DNA of 64,000 bases from an uncultured virus (IMG/VR IMGVR_UViG_3300044998_000523) (Duplodnaviria > Heunggongvirae > Uroviricota > Caudoviricetes): the IMG/VR virus record IMGVR_UViG_3300044998_000523. One strand, written 5' to 3'. Of this stretch, positions 37,875 to 47,691 are shown piece by piece (the first letter of the stretch is position 1; each line of letters opens with the position of its first letter). Below the pieces are notes generated by a model that was not told where the DNA came from, did not search any database, and worked only from the letters and a program-made list of their open reading frames with translations. Both the position numbers and the translations under genes were made by a program.

Positions 37875-38978
37875 ATGTCGAAGATAGGCTACAGTTTTTG
37901 GGGTCTCTTAGAAAAGCCGGAAGAGGCCCACGCCACGGCGACGACGGCTTTCGCGGCCGTCGGAGAAAGGCATCTTCTAGTCGATGAATTTTTGAAACAG
38001 GGACACGAAGTCTTTTGTTTGCAACAGCGTCGAGAATCGAAGCCTTATCCGGGAGTTTCGTATGAGTCTTGTGAAATTCCTGAAGTCGATGTGTTTTATC
38101 TCGAGTGGCGTTGGCAGCAGCACGCTCAACTGAGCGCCGATCGTCGAAATGAGCCCGATTGGGATCGGCAGGTCCTGCTTCTGGACGAGTATACGAAGAG
38201 AGGCACTCCGATCATCGCTTTCGATACAGACTTGAAGATTACGACTCTGGACGAGGATAGATGGCCTACGATGGTCATCGCAGAACCTTCTCTGAATATT
38301 CCGCAGGTCAATCATGGATCACACTCCGTATCGATGGGAATCGATGGAAAGTATCGTCCCGCTCGACAGCGAATTAGGTTACCCTGGGCGACGGATTTCA
38401 AACCGTATTACGAGACGCCCGAGTATTCATACAATTACATCTATTTGGGTAACAATTACGAACGAGACGATCAGTTTCGTAAATACTATAGCGCGCCCGC
38501 CATGCGGTTGCGTCGGTCAGGCATTCAGACCATTGCCTATGGCAATTGGATCGAGAGGTCGCCCTCTCGGGAAGATCCTGCTGAGATCATTAGTAAGTAT
38601 GATTATGTCTCTTTTCCGGGCCGCATGTCGTACAATGCCGGCATGAAAGAAATGAGCAAGTCGATCTGTACGACTCTCCTGGCCAAGAACGAATACTACA
38701 ATCGAGGTTTCATCACTTCGAGAATCTACGAGGGCATACTGGCGGGAATTCCCAGTCTCATTCCGGCCGAGCATCGATCGATTCACAAGATGGGGCTGGG
38801 TCGCTATGTTGTTTCCGACTCCGAGCAGGTGGCAGCGAGAGTGACCGAGCTGCAGGGACTTCGAAAGGAATGTCGTGCTCAGATCGTAGCTGAACAGCTT
38901 GAGGCCTTGAAGTCCCTCGCTGATTTTAGTCCCAAATTCAAGGTCGATACTATCGTTTCATACATCAAGGCCAAATGA
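37875..38978 (+). CDS. GT-B glycosyltransferase, T4 DNA beta-glucosyltransferase-like
   Basis: AFDTDLKI, YIYLGN, AYGN and FPGRM..EMSKSICTTLLAKNEYYNRGFITSRIYEGILAGIPSLI align by eye with recalled T4 BGT (FTGKI..SQAIAALII..NFITLRVWETMAS). Confidence 0.75.
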   Translation: MSKIGYSFWGLLEKPEEAHATATTAFAAVGERHLLVDEFLKQGHEVFCLQQRRESKPYPGVSYESCEIPEVDVFYLEWRWQQHAQLSADRRNEPDWDRQVLLLDEYTKRGTPIIAFDTDLKITTLDEDRWPTMVIAEPSLNIPQVNHGSHSVSMGIDGKYRPARQRIRLPWATDFKPYYETPEYSYNYIYLGNNYERDDQFRKYYSAPAMRLRRSGIQTIAYGNWIERSPSREDPAEIISKYDYVSFPGRMSYNAGMKEMSKSICTTLLAKNEYYNRGFITSRIYEGILAGIPSLIPAEHRSIHKMGLGRYVVSDSEQVAARVTELQGLRKECRAQIVAEQLEALKSLADFSPKFKVDTIVSYIKAK

Positions 38979-40627
38979 TCAAAGATTGGAAGTCATTTTT
39001 CCCCCTGGCGGCTCCAAGAGCTCCGCAAGAGCAGGCCATAGAATTTGCTCTTAAGGCTCTATACGAGGATGACAAGGATTGCGTCGTTCTAGAGCTCGGT
39101 TTGGGAGTGGGCAAGAGTGCTATCGCGGCGACTCTTGCTCGTTACATTGAAGTCAATCCCTTTGGTCTCGAGGAGGACGATGAGTTCGACAACGGGACGT
39201 ACATCTTAACTTCTCAGAAGATTCTGCAAGAGCAGTATGTCAAGGATTTTAGTCCTCCGCCTTGCGAGATGAAGAATCTCGTTTCTTCGGCCAATTTCGA
39301 TTGTACGGGTCGTCCGGGTGCTAAATGCTCTGACTCGATGAGAGTCTATTCGGCCCTGGGCAATCGTTTTCCGGCCGGCCCCCGCGAGCACTGTCGAAAG
39401 AACTGCCCGTATAAGAAGCAGAAGTCAGATTTCCTCGAGGGTTTGATCGGAGTTACGAATTACGCTTATTTCCTATCCGAGACGATGTACGCTGGCCAGC
39501 TCAAGCCTCGACGTCTTTTGGTTGTCGATGAGGCTCACAATATCGAACCCAATATCTCGAAATTTGTCGAGCTCAAGATATCCCAGCTCCTCTCAGAAAA
39601 AGTTCTGAACGTCAAATTCTCCAAAGAGAGAGACCCGGTCAAATTCATGGCTTGGGTCAACAAAAAGTACGAGCCCGCTCTTGCGAAATACCTGAAGAAG
39701 CTGGTCGTCGACATCGAAAAGACGCAGGATGACAAGAACATCTTGAAATTGAGCGAGCGCCTCGAGACGATGGATAAGCACATCTGTAAAGTCCACCGAC
39801 TGCAGAAAACGTGGGATCCGAAGAACTGGATTCTAAATCGAGAGTGGACAAAAGACGGCTCCGATTCTGTGACTCTCAAGCCGATCGACGTTTCTGCTTG
39901 GACACATGATATGTTGCTAGCTTTTGGCCAGAAGCGTATTCTGCTATCTGCTACGATTCTGGACAAGGACTTCTACATGAAGTCCCTGGGACTCAATCCT
40001 ACTAAGACGGCGTTCTTGCATATCGACTCTCCTTTCGATTCGAAGAACAAGCCCATCTTTTACATTCCTGTCGGCAAGATGTCTTACAACAGCATCGAAG
40101 CCGTGCTTCCCAAAGTCGTCGATATGGTGGAAGAACTTCTCAACTCGCACAAAGATGAGAAGGGAATCATTCACTGTGTCAACTTTAGGATCGCAGAAGC
40201 GATCGTTAGCAAGATCAAAAATGGTCGATTGTTGGTTCAGTCGAAGGAGACCAATCGTGAAGCTATTCTTGAAGCTCATAAGAAAGCTCCTGGACCGACC
40301 GTCCTCGTTTCTCCTTCTATGACCGAGGGAGTCGATCTAAAGGACGATCTGAGTCGATTCCAGATCTTTTGCAAGGTTCCCTTCCCTTCGCTGGCCGACG
40401 AAGTCATCAAGAAGAAGTCTGAAAAGGATGATCGATACTATCCCTATGTGACGGCTCAGAGCATAGTTCAGGCTACCGGTCGATCCGTCAGAAACGAGAC
40501 GGATTGGGCCGTCACTTACATCTTGGATGCGTGTGTCGAAGATTTTCTGAGGCGTAACAAGCATCTGTTTCCGAAGTCGTTCAGGGATTCGTTTCAGGAC
40601 ATCGACGGGAACATAATCTCTTTCTGA
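38975..40627 (+). CDS. DinG/XPD-family helicase
   Basis: GVGKS, VDEAHN, LSAT, TEGVD, QATGRSVR, Cys cluster. Confidence 0.9.
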   Translation: MIKDWKSFFPLAAPRAPQEQAIEFALKALYEDDKDCVVLELGLGVGKSAIAATLARYIEVNPFGLEEDDEFDNGTYILTSQKILQEQYVKDFSPPPCEMKNLVSSANFDCTGRPGAKCSDSMRVYSALGNRFPAGPREHCRKNCPYKKQKSDFLEGLIGVTNYAYFLSETMYAGQLKPRRLLVVDEAHNIEPNISKFVELKISQLLSEKVLNVKFSKERDPVKFMAWVNKKYEPALAKYLKKLVVDIEKTQDDKNILKLSERLETMDKHICKVHRLQKTWDPKNWILNREWTKDGSDSVTLKPIDVSAWTHDMLLAFGQKRILLSATILDKDFYMKSLGLNPTKTAFLHIDSPFDSKNKPIFYIPVGKMSYNSIEAVLPKVVDMVEELLNSHKDEKGIIHCVNFRIAEAIVSKIKNGRLLVQSKETNREAILEAHKKAPGPTVLVSPSMTEGVDLKDDLSRFQIFCKVPFPSLADEVIKKKSEKDDRYYPYVTAQSIVQATGRSVRNETDWAVTYILDACVEDFLRRNKHLFPKSFRDSFQDIDGNIISF

Positions 40628-40641
40628 GATAGGTTGATATC

Positions 40642-41331
40642 GTGCAAAAAGTGATTATTTTTGAAGGTCCCGATCGAACAGGCAAATCGAACATCGCTCA
40701 GGAGTTGAGTCATCGATTGTTCGTGCCATACTTCAAAAACAAGGACGAGGTCAAAAACTTTCTCGACTCCAAAGACTACTACGTCAATGTTTTGAGATAT
40801 GCTGATCCGTATTTCATCTCATATCTCAAGCAGACGGGTAATTCCGTCATTATCGATCGCCACTATCCATCCGAGTGGGTCTATTCTCGAGTCTTTAAGC
40901 GTAAGACAGACATGAAAGCTCTTCGTCGAACGGACGAGGCCATGGCTGCTCTGGGTGCCAAAATCGTCATCTGCTGGAGATCGAGCTACGCTAATCGAGA
41001 GGATGACGATTTTCCGGGAGTCATCACTGAGGAAAAGCTGCAGAAGATTCATGACGGTTACGTCAGATTTCGAAACTGGACGAAATGCGAATCGATCTGG
41101 CTCAACGTCGATGACGAGGATCTAAATCGGGAAGTAAATGATGTTCTGAACGATTTGGATTTGAGACCCAAGCCCTTAGAATTCAATGGGAATTTTGACC
41201 CTTTGGAATTCGATGATGACGAGTATGAGTCTAGCGATCTAGACGAACTTACAACCGAATCCGATACGGTTTTTCCCGATCCGGATAGGGATTGGTCGGA
41301 CGTGGTGTGGGATTCAGAGGAAGCAGAATGA
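40642..41331 (+). CDS. dNMP kinase (thymidylate-kinase-like), candidate hmdCMP kinase
   Basis: FEGPDRTGKS, IIDRHYPSEWVY; second such kinase in the window, inside the modification cluster. Confidence 0.75.
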   Translation: MQKVIIFEGPDRTGKSNIAQELSHRLFVPYFKNKDEVKNFLDSKDYYVNVLRYADPYFISYLKQTGNSVIIDRHYPSEWVYSRVFKRKTDMKALRRTDEAMAALGAKIVICWRSSYANREDDDFPGVITEEKLQKIHDGYVRFRNWTKCESIWLNVDDEDLNREVNDVLNDLDLRPKPLEFNGNFDPLEFDDDEYESSDLDELTTESDTVFPDPDRDWSDVVWDSEEAE

Positions 41332-42260
41332 GATATCTCGTAACAGGCGGCGCCGGTTTCATCGGGTCCCATCTTTCCAAGCGATTAGTGGACGAAGGGC
41401 ATGAGGTCGACATCGTCGACGATCTTTCTAATGGAGAGAGGGCTTTCTTGCCTCGAGGCCACAGGCAGTTTTTTGCTTGTGATTTTTCCGATGATCTAGT
41501 CCTCGATAAAGTGAGAAATTCCGAGTACGACGTCGTCTTTCACTTGGCGGCGATGCCTCGAGTGAGCTATAGCGTGGAATATCCGTCAGAGACGACAGAT
41601 GTCAATGTCATGAAAGTCGTCCGGTTGATGGATGCTTGTCGAGGCAACGTTCGACGATTCGTCAATACGTCTTCTTCTTCGGTCTATGGAGGAGCAGATA
41701 AGCTGCCGACGAAGGAAACGGCACCGCATGACCCCAAATCTCCCTACGCTTTGCAGAAGTCCGTCATCGAGCAGTATTGTCGACTTTTCTCGTCGCTTTA
41801 CAACCTCGACACCGTGTCTGTCAGACCGTTCAACGTCTTTGGTCCCAATCAGAAGGGCAACGGTCCTTATAGCACAGCCGTCTCTGCTTGGCTTTACGGA
41901 GTCAAGCACGGAACGCCCCTTCGTTCCGATGGAGATGGCACTCAGTCTCGTGACGTGACGTATGTCGATAATGTTGTCGATATTTTCTGTCGCTGCGCCA
42001 ATCACGAAGGAAAGTTTACGGGAGACGCTTTCAACGCGGGCACGGGAGACATCATCACGAACAATGAGATCCTGGACTGGTTTCGAAAGCAGTTCCCTAA
42101 CGCCGTCATCAATAACGCTCCCTGGAGACCAGGAGACGTGATGCACACTCAAGCTTCGATTTCCAAGGCCAAGAAGGTTCTGGGATACAAACCGCTCGTG
42201 ACATTCTGGAAGGGTCTGGAAATCACGAAAAAGTGGGCCTTGAAGAACCCAATCTTCTGA
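41328..42260 (+). CDS. UDP-sugar 4-epimerase (extended SDR, WbpP/GalE-like)
   Basis: TGGAGFIG, SSSSVYG, SPYALQK, NVFGP, GDGTQSRD, RPGDV. Confidence 0.85.
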   Translation: MRYLVTGGAGFIGSHLSKRLVDEGHEVDIVDDLSNGERAFLPRGHRQFFACDFSDDLVLDKVRNSEYDVVFHLAAMPRVSYSVEYPSETTDVNVMKVVRLMDACRGNVRRFVNTSSSSVYGGADKLPTKETAPHDPKSPYALQKSVIEQYCRLFSSLYNLDTVSVRPFNVFGPNQKGNGPYSTAVSAWLYGVKHGTPLRSDGDGTQSRDVTYVDNVVDIFCRCANHEGKFTGDAFNAGTGDIITNNEILDWFRKQFPNAVINNAPWRPGDVMHTQASISKAKKVLGYKPLVTFWKGLEITKKWALKNPIF

Positions 42261-42286
42261 TCTTAGAATATTTTGAGGCCAATCCG

Positions 42287-43012
42287 ATGACACAAAAGAT
42301 CCATCCCAAGGTTGCCGACGTTCGAGAGTGGTTCCGGGATCTCAAGCGCCGAGAAAAGTTCGTGCAAGACAAGTCAGGCGTCCAGCTGATTGAGGTGGTC
42401 GGCGCCACTTTTGAAGCCGATGAGGAAACAATTTTCGGCCCGGTCAATCATGATTATGTCCGACGGGAACTTGAATGGTATAAGTCTTTGTCCTGTAACG
42501 TCAATGACATTCCTGGAGGTCCGCCCGCTGTTTGGAAGCAAGTAGCGACACCCGCGGGAGAGATCAACTCCAATTACGGATTCCTCGTTTGGAGCGAGGA
42601 AAACGGTCGGCAATACGACAACGTCCTCAAAGAATTGCAGCGCCAGACGACATCTCGGCGAGCCTGTATGATTTACACACGACCTTCCATTTGGAAGGAA
42701 TTCAATCGGGACGGCATGTCAGATTTCATCTGCACAAACGCCGTCCAGTTTCTTATCCGAGACGAAAAGCTTTATGCTGTCGTACAGATGAGAAGCAATG
42801 ACATTTGGGCAGGTTACAGAAACGATCGAGCGTGGCAACATTACGTTCAACTAAAATTAGCAAATGATTTGGGTATTGAGCCCGGACCAATTATTTGGCA
42901 TGCTGGCAGTTTGCATTGTTATGAGCGCAATTTTTATCTGATCGACGCTTATGATAAGACGGGCCGCCATGATTTTACGATAGATGAATACGGATGCACT
43001 TTTGCAAAGTAA
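42287..43012 (+). CDS. dCMP hydroxymethylase (T4 gp42-like)
   Basis: RELEWYKS, GEINSNYG, MIYTRPS, DGMSDFICTNAVQ, MRSND..GYRND.AWQ and GSLH closely match recalled T4 gp42; the cytosine-specific Asp is retained. Confidence 0.9.
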   Translation: MTQKIHPKVADVREWFRDLKRREKFVQDKSGVQLIEVVGATFEADEETIFGPVNHDYVRRELEWYKSLSCNVNDIPGGPPAVWKQVATPAGEINSNYGFLVWSEENGRQYDNVLKELQRQTTSRRACMIYTRPSIWKEFNRDGMSDFICTNAVQFLIRDEKLYAVVQMRSNDIWAGYRNDRAWQHYVQLKLANDLGIEPGPIIWHAGSLHCYERNFYLIDAYDKTGRHDFTIDEYGCTFAK

Positions 43013-43036
43013 TATCATTGTGATATTGCGTGTGAA

Positions 43037-43617
43037 ATGCTGAATTTGAATTTTGTATATTGGATTTACGATAAAGCATGTTACGATCCGCATAATTCTG
43101 GCTATGTGGGCGTGACAAGATATCTTAAAAATCGGTTTAGATATCATCTAAAGAAAAATCGAGTGCCGCTTCACTCTTCGACTCGAATTTTGTTTTCGGG
43201 TACAAGAGAAGAATGTTTTTCTTTTGAGCGTTTTTGCGTCCATCTAAAAGCATAGGTTGGAATAACGCTCCAGGAGGTTCGCACGGATGGAGAATCGGAT
43301 TTTCTCATTCGCATGAGACTAAGTCTAAGATGAAAAATGCTTGGACATCTCAGCGTCGAGAAAAAGCTTCGAAGCGTAGAAAAGAGTTAAACAAAACTTT
43401 TATTGGGGAAAAACGTCCCAAGCAATCCATCGCGATGCAAGGGGACAAAAATCCGATGTTCGGATCGAAACGACCCGAGCATGTTAGATTAGCAATCCAT
43501 CTAGCACATTTAGGAAAATCGTCGTCAAATCGACAGGAAATTTATTGCGTTGGGTGTCGTAAAAGAGTGAGTTTGTCGATTTTGAAGAAATATCACTCGA
43601 AATGCGAATTCAAATAA
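43037..43617 (+). pseudogene. frameshifted GIY-YIG homing endonuclease with NUMOD3 repeats
   Basis: FVYWI..GYVG..RFRYH, GWNNAPGG, HSHETKSKM, KNPMFG; break at the T run near 43230. Confidence 0.75.
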
Positions 43618-43757
43618 TGAAAGAACAAAAAATCATCAACGTCATTGACGAGCACAATACGTTGCTTGAAGCTTTAGAAGAGTTATTCAGAAAAGGAATT
43701 ACGCTAAACGAAGAGAGAATAAAATTACTTCAAAACTTAGACAAGAAAAATTAACCG

Positions 43758-44324
43758 ATGTCGGATAACCCCGAATTCATAATTTTTGTCGGCCCGATGT
43801 TCTCTTCGAAAACATCGAGGCTGCTTCTGACGCTTGAGAAATTCAAGCACCAGAATAAAAAGATCATCGCTTTCAAACCCGAAATCGATATCAGATATTC
43901 TGAGACTCAGATCGTCACCCATATGGGTTGGAAGTACGATGCGAGGATTGTCAAGGATCACCTTGACATGCTCAAGATACTATCGGATGATCCAGAGCTT
44001 TACAATGTCGTCGCTGTCGACGAACAGTTCATGATCAAAGGATCGGCCGAAGTTTTGATCTGGCTCTTTCAGAAGGGTTTCACGATCGTCGTCAGCACGC
44101 TGGACTTGTCGTATACGGCGACCCCCTTCGAAGAAGTTCAACGTATCATGCCGTACGCCACCCGAATCGAAAAGTGCGCTGCAGTCTGCGTCGTCTGCGG
44201 CAAGGACGCACATTACACGCACAAAAAAGTGCAAAGCGATGATGAAATCTCGGTAGGGGGCTCCGAGTCGTATGAGCCCAGATGCTACAATCACTTTGTC
44301 GCTATCAATAAGGGAGACATCTAA
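43758..44324 (+). CDS. tdk: thymidine kinase
   Basis: GPMFSSKT, AFKP.ID.RY, VDEQF, CVVCG, YEPRC. Confidence 0.9.
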   Translation: MSDNPEFIIFVGPMFSSKTSRLLLTLEKFKHQNKKIIAFKPEIDIRYSETQIVTHMGWKYDARIVKDHLDMLKILSDDPELYNVVAVDEQFMIKGSAEVLIWLFQKGFTIVVSTLDLSYTATPFEEVQRIMPYATRIEKCAAVCVVCGKDAHYTHKKVQSDDEISVGGSESYEPRCYNHFVAINKGDI

Positions 44325-44779
44325 TGGGGTCCGAAAATCGTCCGGTCTGGCCCATGACGTGGATGAGCGTGGCTCGAACTATGTCTGAAAGGTCTTGCGA
44401 TCCCCGTCTCAAGGTGGGTGCTATCGTCGTGTCTGAAGATAACACGCAAATGCTGTCCGTCGGATACAACGGCAACTATAAGGGCGGTCCCAATGAGCAT
44501 GAATCTCTCGAACCCGGGCAAAGCGGGTTCATCCATGCCGAGATCAACGCCCTGGTGAAATGTGATTATAACTTCTCCAAAAAGAAGCACATGTATATCA
44601 CTCATTCTCCGTGTCGGCAGTGCGCCAAGTTGATTATCAACGCGGAGATCGCTAAAGTCATATACGGAGAACTTTATCGAGATCCGTCGGGCATCGACTT
44701 GCTAAAATCGGCCGGAATCGAAGCCCTTAGCATAGAAGAAGCTATAGCCCAGTCAGTCGGCCGCGCTCGCAATACTTAA
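44324..44779 (+). CDS. dCMP deaminase
   Basis: KVGA, GYNG, HAEINAL, SPCRQC. Confidence 0.9.
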   Translation: MGSENRPVWPMTWMSVARTMSERSCDPRLKVGAIVVSEDNTQMLSVGYNGNYKGGPNEHESLEPGQSGFIHAEINALVKCDYNFSKKKHMYITHSPCRQCAKLIINAEIAKVIYGELYRDPSGIDLLKSAGIEALSIEEAIAQSVGRARNT

Positions 44780-44787
44780 TAGAGCGC

Positions 44788-45063
44788 ATGAAGGCTCTGA
44801 CTGAATCGGATATCATTAGAATTTTCCAGGAAGAGAACCGAAAACGCCTCGATTCCTTGTACGAAGAGCTCGACATGTATTTCACGTCGGCTGGAGATGT
44901 GAAAAACGTCATCAGCAAAGAGCTCAAGGTCAAGCATAAGAAGAGCGGCCTTCGGTTCACTGTCGATTCTGTCTCGCCGCGAGATGTTGTCCTGCGTTCC
45001 CCCGAGGGAGCCCTTAAAAGGGTAAGTCAGGACACTCTTGAGCAGGAATTTGAGCTAGATTAA
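44788..45063 (+). CDS. small protein with N-terminal helical tag
   Basis: MKALTESDIIRIFQEE; ATACTTA 9 nt upstream. Confidence 0.65.
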   Translation: MKALTESDIIRIFQEENRKRLDSLYEELDMYFTSAGDVKNVISKELKVKHKKSGLRFTVDSVSPRDVVLRSPEGALKRVSQDTLEQEFELD

Positions 45064-45093
45064 ATTTCTCTGATCATCTGCATAAATCATGCT

Positions 45094-45971
45094 ATGCTGA
45101 TTGAAATTAGAATTATTCCTTCTTATCGTCTTCCGAAAAAGATTCTGAATCTTCGATGCGATAATTGTGAGAAGGAATTTGAATCTGCTTATACACGCGG
45201 TAAGTCAGAATTAGTTTATCATTTTTGCTGTCGCAAATGCCAACAGTTGGCTTATCGCAAAAATGGTCCGCTTTACGAGCGTTTGCATAGCGCTCTTCGG
45301 TTGAAATTTGGAGATGATTATAGAACGATCATCGGACAAAAAATGGTCGCTGCTTCGACATTCGAACAACGAAAAGAACGAGCTGCAAGAGCAAGACAGA
45401 CCGTCTTAAAAAGGTATGGAGCTAATTCGGCCCTCCAGATTGCTCATGTTCGAGCAGCAGCGCTTAAAGCTGCTTCATCTTCCGAATCTCTTGATAAGAG
45501 AAAGAAGACGACGAAAGAGAGATTCGGAGTCGAGTCTGTGTTATCTCTCGATAGTGTCCATTCTTTAGCAAATTCTCCCGACGCATGTCTCAAACGTCAC
45601 GAGACGATGAAACGAAATGGGTCTTATGTTTAAATCATCGCAGGAGGATCGTTTTTCGATTATCTTGTATCGAGATATGGAATTGATGATATCGAGCGTC
45701 AAAAACAATGAATATCTGGCCTATCGATTTTTATGTAAAAAGCATCGATACGTACATCCAATTTGATGGCGAGTATTGGCATGGTTTGGATCGTCCTCTT
45801 GAAGAGATACAGAAATTTAAAACGTCACGAGATAGAAGAATTTTCGAAGGATGGAATCGCGATCGTGAACAAGATAAATGGTTTCGTGAGCAAGGTCTTA
45901 AATTGAACCGGATCACGAACAAACAATTCTTCCGAGGAGAGCACGTACTTATGCTGGAGAATTGTAAATGA
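45094..45971 (+). pseudogene. frameshifted Vsr/DUF559-like homing endonuclease
   Basis: CDNC..FCCRKC, KRYGA/ERFGV, then WPIDFY..YIQFDGEYWHGLDRP; breaks between 45630 and 45710. Confidence 0.75.
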
Positions 45972-46654
45972 GCAAGATCGATCTCACCAAGATTGTAAAG
46001 GAATCGCTGACGGCGGCTGGAGTCTCTAAAGAGAAACTCAGCGAGGCCATGGTAGCTCAGCAAAAGAGGTACCCGCAGGTCTCTGAGATGGTCTCTCAAA
46101 AGACCAAAGATGCCCACGAGCGTCTCTATAAGAACTATGTCGAAAAATTCAATCGAATCTCGGCCGAGTTAGACACTGCCAGTCGAGAGACAGATAGCAA
46201 CGGCGCCGAATACAGGAATCTGAAGGTCGATGAAGCTCAGAACCTGAATGCCATTTGGTTGCACGAGCTTTATTTTTCGAACTGCTTCGATCCTCACTCT
46301 GAGGTTTTTGCTGATTCGTATTCTTACTTGCACTTGCAGAGGGATTTTGGGTCCTTCGAAGAATGGCAGCGACACTTCATCGCATGTGCTATGTCAGCGC
46401 GCGAAGGTTGGGCTGTTTGCGCTTACAATATATTCCTTAGGAAATACGTCAATACGGTGATTGACGGTCACTCCAATAACGTCATGATGGGTCTCTATCC
46501 GGTCGTCGTTTTGGACATGCACTCTCACTCGTATTACAGAGATTATTTGGACGATAAGCAGAGCTACATCATCTCTCAAATGAGAGAGATCAACTGGACA
46601 GTCGTCGAAGAGCGCGTCAAAAGAGCCGAGAGGATCGGAGAGGTGCTCAAGTGA
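45968..46654 (+). CDS. Fe/Mn superoxide dismutase-like protein with N-terminal extension
   Basis: HERLYKNYV, WLHELYF, RDFGSFEEW, GWA, LDMHSHSYYRDY, INW. Confidence 0.8.
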   Translation: MSKIDLTKIVKESLTAAGVSKEKLSEAMVAQQKRYPQVSEMVSQKTKDAHERLYKNYVEKFNRISAELDTASRETDSNGAEYRNLKVDEAQNLNAIWLHELYFSNCFDPHSEVFADSYSYLHLQRDFGSFEEWQRHFIACAMSAREGWAVCAYNIFLRKYVNTVIDGHSNNVMMGLYPVVVLDMHSHSYYRDYLDDKQSYIISQMREINWTVVEERVKRAERIGEVLK

Positions 46655-47112
46655 AGATCCGGTTGGGAGAACTGCGCAAGATTATTTTCGAGGCGCTGGA
46701 AGAGGCTGAAGGGAATGCTCCGAAGGGCGCTCTGCCTTATCATGATCTAGAAGATGATTCTTTAGATGTCAAACTTGACAATTATTTTGTCGATTCCGAA
46801 GGCGGAGCAGCCGGTGCCCCCGCGGGCGACGAGGCTCCAAAGGGCTCAGATATTCCCGAAGAGGAGATGAAGATCGATGCCGCGGGTTTTGCTCGTGAGA
46901 TCGCGCATCTTATCGAAAATTTCACCAATCTGATGGATGTCAAGGGCGTTGTTTTGCGACGGTCCCTAAATTATGTCGGCAGGAAATACGGCAAGGAGCA
47001 GTCCAAAACCGTCCAGGATGTACTAGAAACTCAGTTCGGAGTATATTCTGACGAAAAGGAGGAGCCGCAAGCTCCCGGGGCAGCTAATGCGGGTCCCGCT
47101 CTCGCCGGATGA
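46651..47112 (+). CDS. acidic protein with N-terminal helical tag
   Basis: MKIRLGELRKIIFEALEE. Confidence 0.7.
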   Translation: MKIRLGELRKIIFEALEEAEGNAPKGALPYHDLEDDSLDVKLDNYFVDSEGGAAGAPAGDEAPKGSDIPEEEMKIDAAGFAREIAHLIENFTNLMDVKGVVLRRSLNYVGRKYGKEQSKTVQDVLETQFGVYSDEKEEPQAPGAANAGPALAG

Positions 47113-47462
47113 CAGACATCTTCAGAGATAAAAAGCTAGTTCACGTCAAACTCGACAAGGACACGCATTCGATGTTGCGGGCCGATCTTTTCAAGGCCGG
47201 CCTGACGATGCAAGAGATCCTAGCTGAGTTTTGTCGCCAGTACATCAACAAATCGCCTCATGCTCTCAAGCTGATCGAGAATTACGTCACTCGTAAGAAT
47301 CGATATAAGATCCAAGCTTTGGAAGAGCAGGTTCGAAAGCTCAAGCATCCGTATGGGATGACCGAAGCTGATAAGTCGGCGATTTATGATCTGCTAGATG
47401 AGAACTCTCCGTTGGGTCGTCCCAAGGAGGAGGATGAAGGGGACGATGAAGATAATCGATGA
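47109..47462 (+). CDS. hypothetical protein, possible ribbon-helix-helix
   Basis: KLVHVKLDKDTHSMLR..LTMQEILAEF. Confidence 0.55.
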   Translation: MTDIFRDKKLVHVKLDKDTHSMLRADLFKAGLTMQEILAEFCRQYINKSPHALKLIENYVTRKNRYKIQALEEQVRKLKHPYGMTEADKSAIYDLLDENSPLGRPKEEDEGDDEDNR

Positions 47463-47691
47463 CGTCCTCCGCAAATCAAAGCCATTTGTAGCTTTGATAA
47501 AGTGGGTCGAACTAACGAACACCGCGGTCAATTCTCTTTTCAAGCTAAGCGAGTCCATCGCTAAAGAGCTTGAAACTCAAAGAAATACTATCAATAACCT
47601 GACCAAACTGTGCGAAATGATCCTCAACAAGGATCCTCAGCTCCAGGAGCTGTTGAACAAGGTGTCAGAAAAAAAGAAAGATGTAAATTGA
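47446..47691 (+). CDS. hypothetical coiled-coil protein
   Basis: 81 aa, overlapping both neighbours. Confidence 0.55.
   Translation: MKIIDDVLRKSKPFVALIKWVELTNTAVNSLFKLSESIAKELETQRNTINNLTKLCEMILNKDPQLQELLNKVSEKKKDVN

Noticed and set aside
42287..43012. Ordinary thymidylate synthase ThyA
   Set aside because: It has Asp rather than Asn at the specificity position and T4 gp42-type motifs; ThyX is already present.
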